Shown here one piece after another: positions 61,352 through 64,000 of a stretch of DNA of 64,000 nt. The position numbers and the translations under genes were made by a program. Location of the stretch: positions 32,301 to 96,300 of the forward strand of contig DATHJH010000032.1 in assembly GCA_035489815.1 (NCBI GenBank), written 5' to 3'. Source of the stretch: Candidatus Limnocylindria bacterium (GTDB taxonomy: Bacteria > Patescibacteriota > Saccharimonadia > Saccharimonadales > JAGQNK01). Position 1 is the first letter of the stretch. Each line of letters starts with the position of its first letter. Below the pieces are notes generated by a model. That model saw only the letters and a list, made by a program, of their open reading frames with translations. It searched no databases and had not been told where the DNA came from.

Positions 61352-62497
61352 TTACTTCACGCGCGGTGATGCTTGATCGACTTCGTCGCCAGGGATTATG
61401 GTAATAATCGGCCCCCTATGTGGCTTACCAGAAACTGCTGCGCCCTGCTGAGCCAGCCTATTCAGTTCGTCGTCTTCCGTATGGTACAGTTTATCAAATT
61501 GACTTACCAATCTTGCTCTGGAAGAATCTGTTATGCCCGAGTCAAACTCTTCCATGGGTATACTCAACTGGGATGAGAGGAATCCCCGAACTGCATTTTG
61601 TTCCATCATAGTGCGAAAGGCTCCCGCGTCAAATGCCTGAGCTGTCTCCGCGGCCTTATCGGCTGCTGCCTTGGTTAGTGGGTTGACCTGGTCTCTAATG
61701 CCTTGCTTGATGCGTAGGATTTGTGCAGGGTCAAAGCCGTTTTGAGGAGTTTCCGCTCCTTGTTCGTGTCCGTTGGGGTAGAGTTCGTTATGCGGAGTGG
61801 GGGCGTCCTCAACACGGATAACAGTTGCCCGCCCCGTACTGCCAGTTTCTTTAGGATACCCCAATTGCTCTTCGCCGTTCGTAAGCATATGCTGGCGTTC
61901 TTGGTATTCTCTCTCAACTTTTCTTATTGATTTTTGTGTTGTATGAGGATGGTCTCTAAGCGATCCATTTTCATCTCGCCACAATGATTTTCCTGTTTCA
62001 GGGTCAATGTCGTAGACACCGTGCTGATCTACTGCCTGAGTAGCGCGGAGTGTGCCCAAAGTATCGCTTCGACGGAAGGCCTTTCGAGACCTTCGCCACT
62101 CCTTCCCTGAAGACGGCCAGCGGCCCTCCTCAAGGCTGTAGTTTTTGCGCTCTCGTGCAGCAGTATTCCAGTCAGGGCCCTCATAATCCTGGGTAGTTTT
62201 CTCCGGCTGCGTCCCGGGCCTGTCTCTGAGCTGCCGGCGCCGGAGTATGGCCCGAAGCCCGGTAACGGCTGTTGCTTCACCGGCCACTACTGCCGTAGGT
62301 TCCGTAGCCACTGCTATTTTATCTTGGTCGGTCTGAGGGCCGGCGTCAGCCCCGCTCTGCTGGCGGAGTTGATCTCTCAATGCGTCTGCTTCTGGTGAAG
62401 GTGCCTTGTTACCAACGTCCCAATACTCTCCATAAGCACCCAGGTCTGGTTCTGCGGAAGTTGGACGAAGATTTTTTTCGCTTCTTCTTTCTGACAT
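61352..62497 (-). CDS. hypothetical, largely disordered charged protein
   Basis: 381-aa ORF, rich in R/E/D/Q/G. No motif recognised. Confidence 0.5.
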   Translation of the reverse strand: MSERRSEKNLRPTSAEPDLGAYGEYWDVGNKAPSPEADALRDQLRQQSGADAGPQTDQDKIAVATEPTAVVAGEATAVTGLRAILRRRQLRDRPGTQPEKTTQDYEGPDWNTAARERKNYSLEEGRWPSSGKEWRRSRKAFRRSDTLGTLRATQAVDQHGVYDIDPETGKSLWRDENGSLRDHPHTTQKSIRKVEREYQERQHMLTNGEEQLGYPKETGSTGRATVIRVEDAPTPHNELYPNGHEQGAETPQNGFDPAQILRIKQGIRDQVNPLTKAAADKAAETAQAFDAGAFRTMMEQNAVRGFLSSQLSIPMEEFDSGITDSSRARLVSQFDKLYHTEDDELNRLAQQGAAVSGKPHRGPIITIIPGDEVDQASPRVK

Positions 62498-62559
62498 CTG
62501 TTACATTATAACATCATGTTTTATTATTGTCAAAAAATCAAGCAATCAAGAGTGCAACA

Positions 62560-64000
62560 CTACGGCCTTCCTGGCCCGCCAGCTCCTGGTGCGGGAGGTT
62601 GAAACCCTGCTCCCGGGTCGGTCGGACGGCTCCCTGCGCGACGGGCTTCCTCCTCGGACAGGCCATACTCCTTTTTCATTTCGCGGAATTCTGCATCGCC
62701 TCTTGATGCGTCGACTTCCTGAAGTTGCGTTTGGCCGCTTCTGGCCACCCTGGTTATAACAGTATTATTAGGTCCGGGAACGTTGATCGTAACTTGTCCT
62801 TCTCTGCCGAATACTTGATTTGCCAGTAACGTGCCCACGGTTTGTTTAGCCTGACCAGCTTGGTCATGGATGCTAGAGACAGCGGCCAGTTGTTGTTTGA
62901 CCACTCGTTGTGCCTGTGCCTTGTCTGCATCACTGGCAGCGGGATCCAGATAAACTTGTGCGGCATTGCCCTTGGCTTTGTCGAGTCCTCTGTTAATTGC
63001 CTGGGCAAACATGCCTGCAGTTTTGGCGTTTCTTGATCCTATAACTGCTGCCGGTCCACCATTTGCATACGCCTTGTCCACGATCATGTCTGTAATTGCC
63101 TGGGTGCTTTCGCCACGCTCGGCCATGCTTATGGCCGCCAAATGGTCACCAAATCCCGCTTCTGACACTTCATACCGTTGCGCAGACTTGAAACCGGACT
63201 TACCCGCTGCCACCAGGGAACCTTGTATCGACCTGTTGCCTTTAGTATATTTTGCAATGTCTTCATGCCACTTACCGATATCTCCTTCCTCGTAGGAGGT
63301 GCCTGCCGCAGGCAGTTTGGCCAGCGTAGCCAAGGTAAATCCTTCGTTGCCCATTTCCTTGCGTAGACGCATGATCTGGCCCAGTGCTATTTCCTGGCTT
63401 TTGCCTGTGAATCCATTTTTTGCCAGCGCGCTCTTCGTTTTTGTAATGTCGCCTTCGCCCTCGAGCGCAGCTTTCATGATCGAATCGTTGGCAAAGAAAG
63501 CTCTTGCTCCAGAAAGTTTTTCTGATTCTTCCATGGCTTTTTCAAAGTGTTGATCAGCAACGGCTCCCTGCAGGTTTCCCCTCATCATGCTCGGACGCAG
63601 ACCAGCTTTTTTAGCATTGGAAGCATAGCCTATTCGAGTATTCCATTTCTCGCGGCGAGAGCCCTCTGGGGCGCCCCTGAAGAAGTTGCTGGCCTTGGCT
63701 CGCTCGCCAGCTTCCTTCTTGATTCGTGTACGCCTTTCGCGTTGGCGGTCGAACAGGCCTTTGCTGCGGTCGTTGGCTATACCGGCTACGTTGGCAAACA
63801 GGCCGCCGGCAAACTTGAAGGTAAATGGAATAAAGGCATAGGGTATCATGTAGGCAATCAGGGTGCTGATGGGTTGCAGTATAGCGCCGTCCAGTCCGGC
63901 ACTATTGCCCTCGTGAATGGTAAAGGCAAAGACACGGCCCATAGCGATCACGGCCATAATCAACGGGTACATGATAAGCAGCTTGCTGAAGGCGCTCCAC
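62560..64000 (-). CDS. T4SS-associated polytopic membrane protein (VirB6/TrbL-like candidate), 5'-truncated by the window edge
   Basis: The frame stays open to position 64000 (WSAFSKLLIMYPLIMAV...). Hydrophobic helices are followed by a ~400-aa soluble tail ending in a Pro/Gly-rich tip. Confidence 0.45.
   Translation of the reverse strand, partial: WSAFSKLLIMYPLIMAVIAMGRVFAFTIHEGNSAGLDGAILQPISTLIAYMIPYAFIPFTFKFAGGLFANVAGIANDRSKGLFDRQRERRTRIKKEAGERAKASNFFRGAPEGSRREKWNTRIGYASNAKKAGLRPSMMRGNLQGAVADQHFEKAMEESEKLSGARAFFANDSIMKAALEGEGDITKTKSALAKNGFTGKSQEIALGQIMRLRKEMGNEGFTLATLAKLPAAGTSYEEGDIGKWHEDIAKYTKGNRSIQGSLVAAGKSGFKSAQRYEVSEAGFGDHLAAISMAERGESTQAITDMIVDKAYANGGPAAVIGSRNAKTAGMFAQAINRGLDKAKGNAAQVYLDPAASDADKAQAQRVVKQQLAAVSSIHDQAGQAKQTVGTLLANQVFGREGQVTINVPGPNNTVITRVARSGQTQLQEVDASRGDAEFREMKKEYGLSEEEARRAGSRPTDPGAGFQPPAPGAGGPGRP

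Overview
A 64 kb chromosomal window from a monoderm-type, small-genome bacterium. The gene content (short YidC with a lysine-rich tail, a PrgI/VirB4 Gram-positive-type T4SS, many GT-C membrane glycosyltransferases) fits a Patescibacteria/CPR (Saccharibacteria-like) lineage, but this taxonomic call is inference only. Three blocks are present. (1) About 0.9-42.7 kb is a very large cell-surface glycopolymer locus. It holds the dTDP-rhamnose pathway (rfbB, rfbC, rfbD, rfbA), a phosphohexomutase, two nucleotide-sugar dehydrogenases, an AsnB-type amidotransferase, an epimerase, at least 8 glycosyltransferases, 3 methyltransferases, a Wzm/Wzt ABC exporter, a Wzy/O-antigen-ligase-like protein and three paralogous GT-C membrane proteins. 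Low-GC islets interrupt it: one with a secreted protein, two mini membrane proteins and a PaaX/Cas2-fold regulator, and one with a KilA-N gene. (2) About 42.8-50.0 kb is the replication-origin core: jag-yidC-rnpA-rpmH diverging from dnaA-dnaN-recF. DnaA-box clusters sit upstream of dnaA and in the dnaA-dnaN spacer, and a vapBC-type TA pair is inserted between dnaN and recF. (3) About 50.2-64.0 kb, on the minus strand, is a Gram-positive-type type IV secretion-like locus. It has a PrgI-like protein, a VirB4 split into two ORFs, a 917-aa membrane protein ending in an M15 peptidase, a phage-tail-lysozyme-like hydrolase and a VirB6-like partial ORF, and is interrupted by a second vapBC-like pair. 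The most unusual signal is non-coding. At least 13 long, near-perfect nested hairpin elements lie between genes, and in places overlap their ends. Six of them form one family with a conserved ~45-59 nt core, containing a covarying inner hairpin, enclosed by 24-29 bp outer arms that are completely different at every locus. A second family behaves like a MITE, and one copy with a 6-bp target duplication lies in-frame inside an antitoxin gene. No rRNA, tRNA or CRISPR array was seen.
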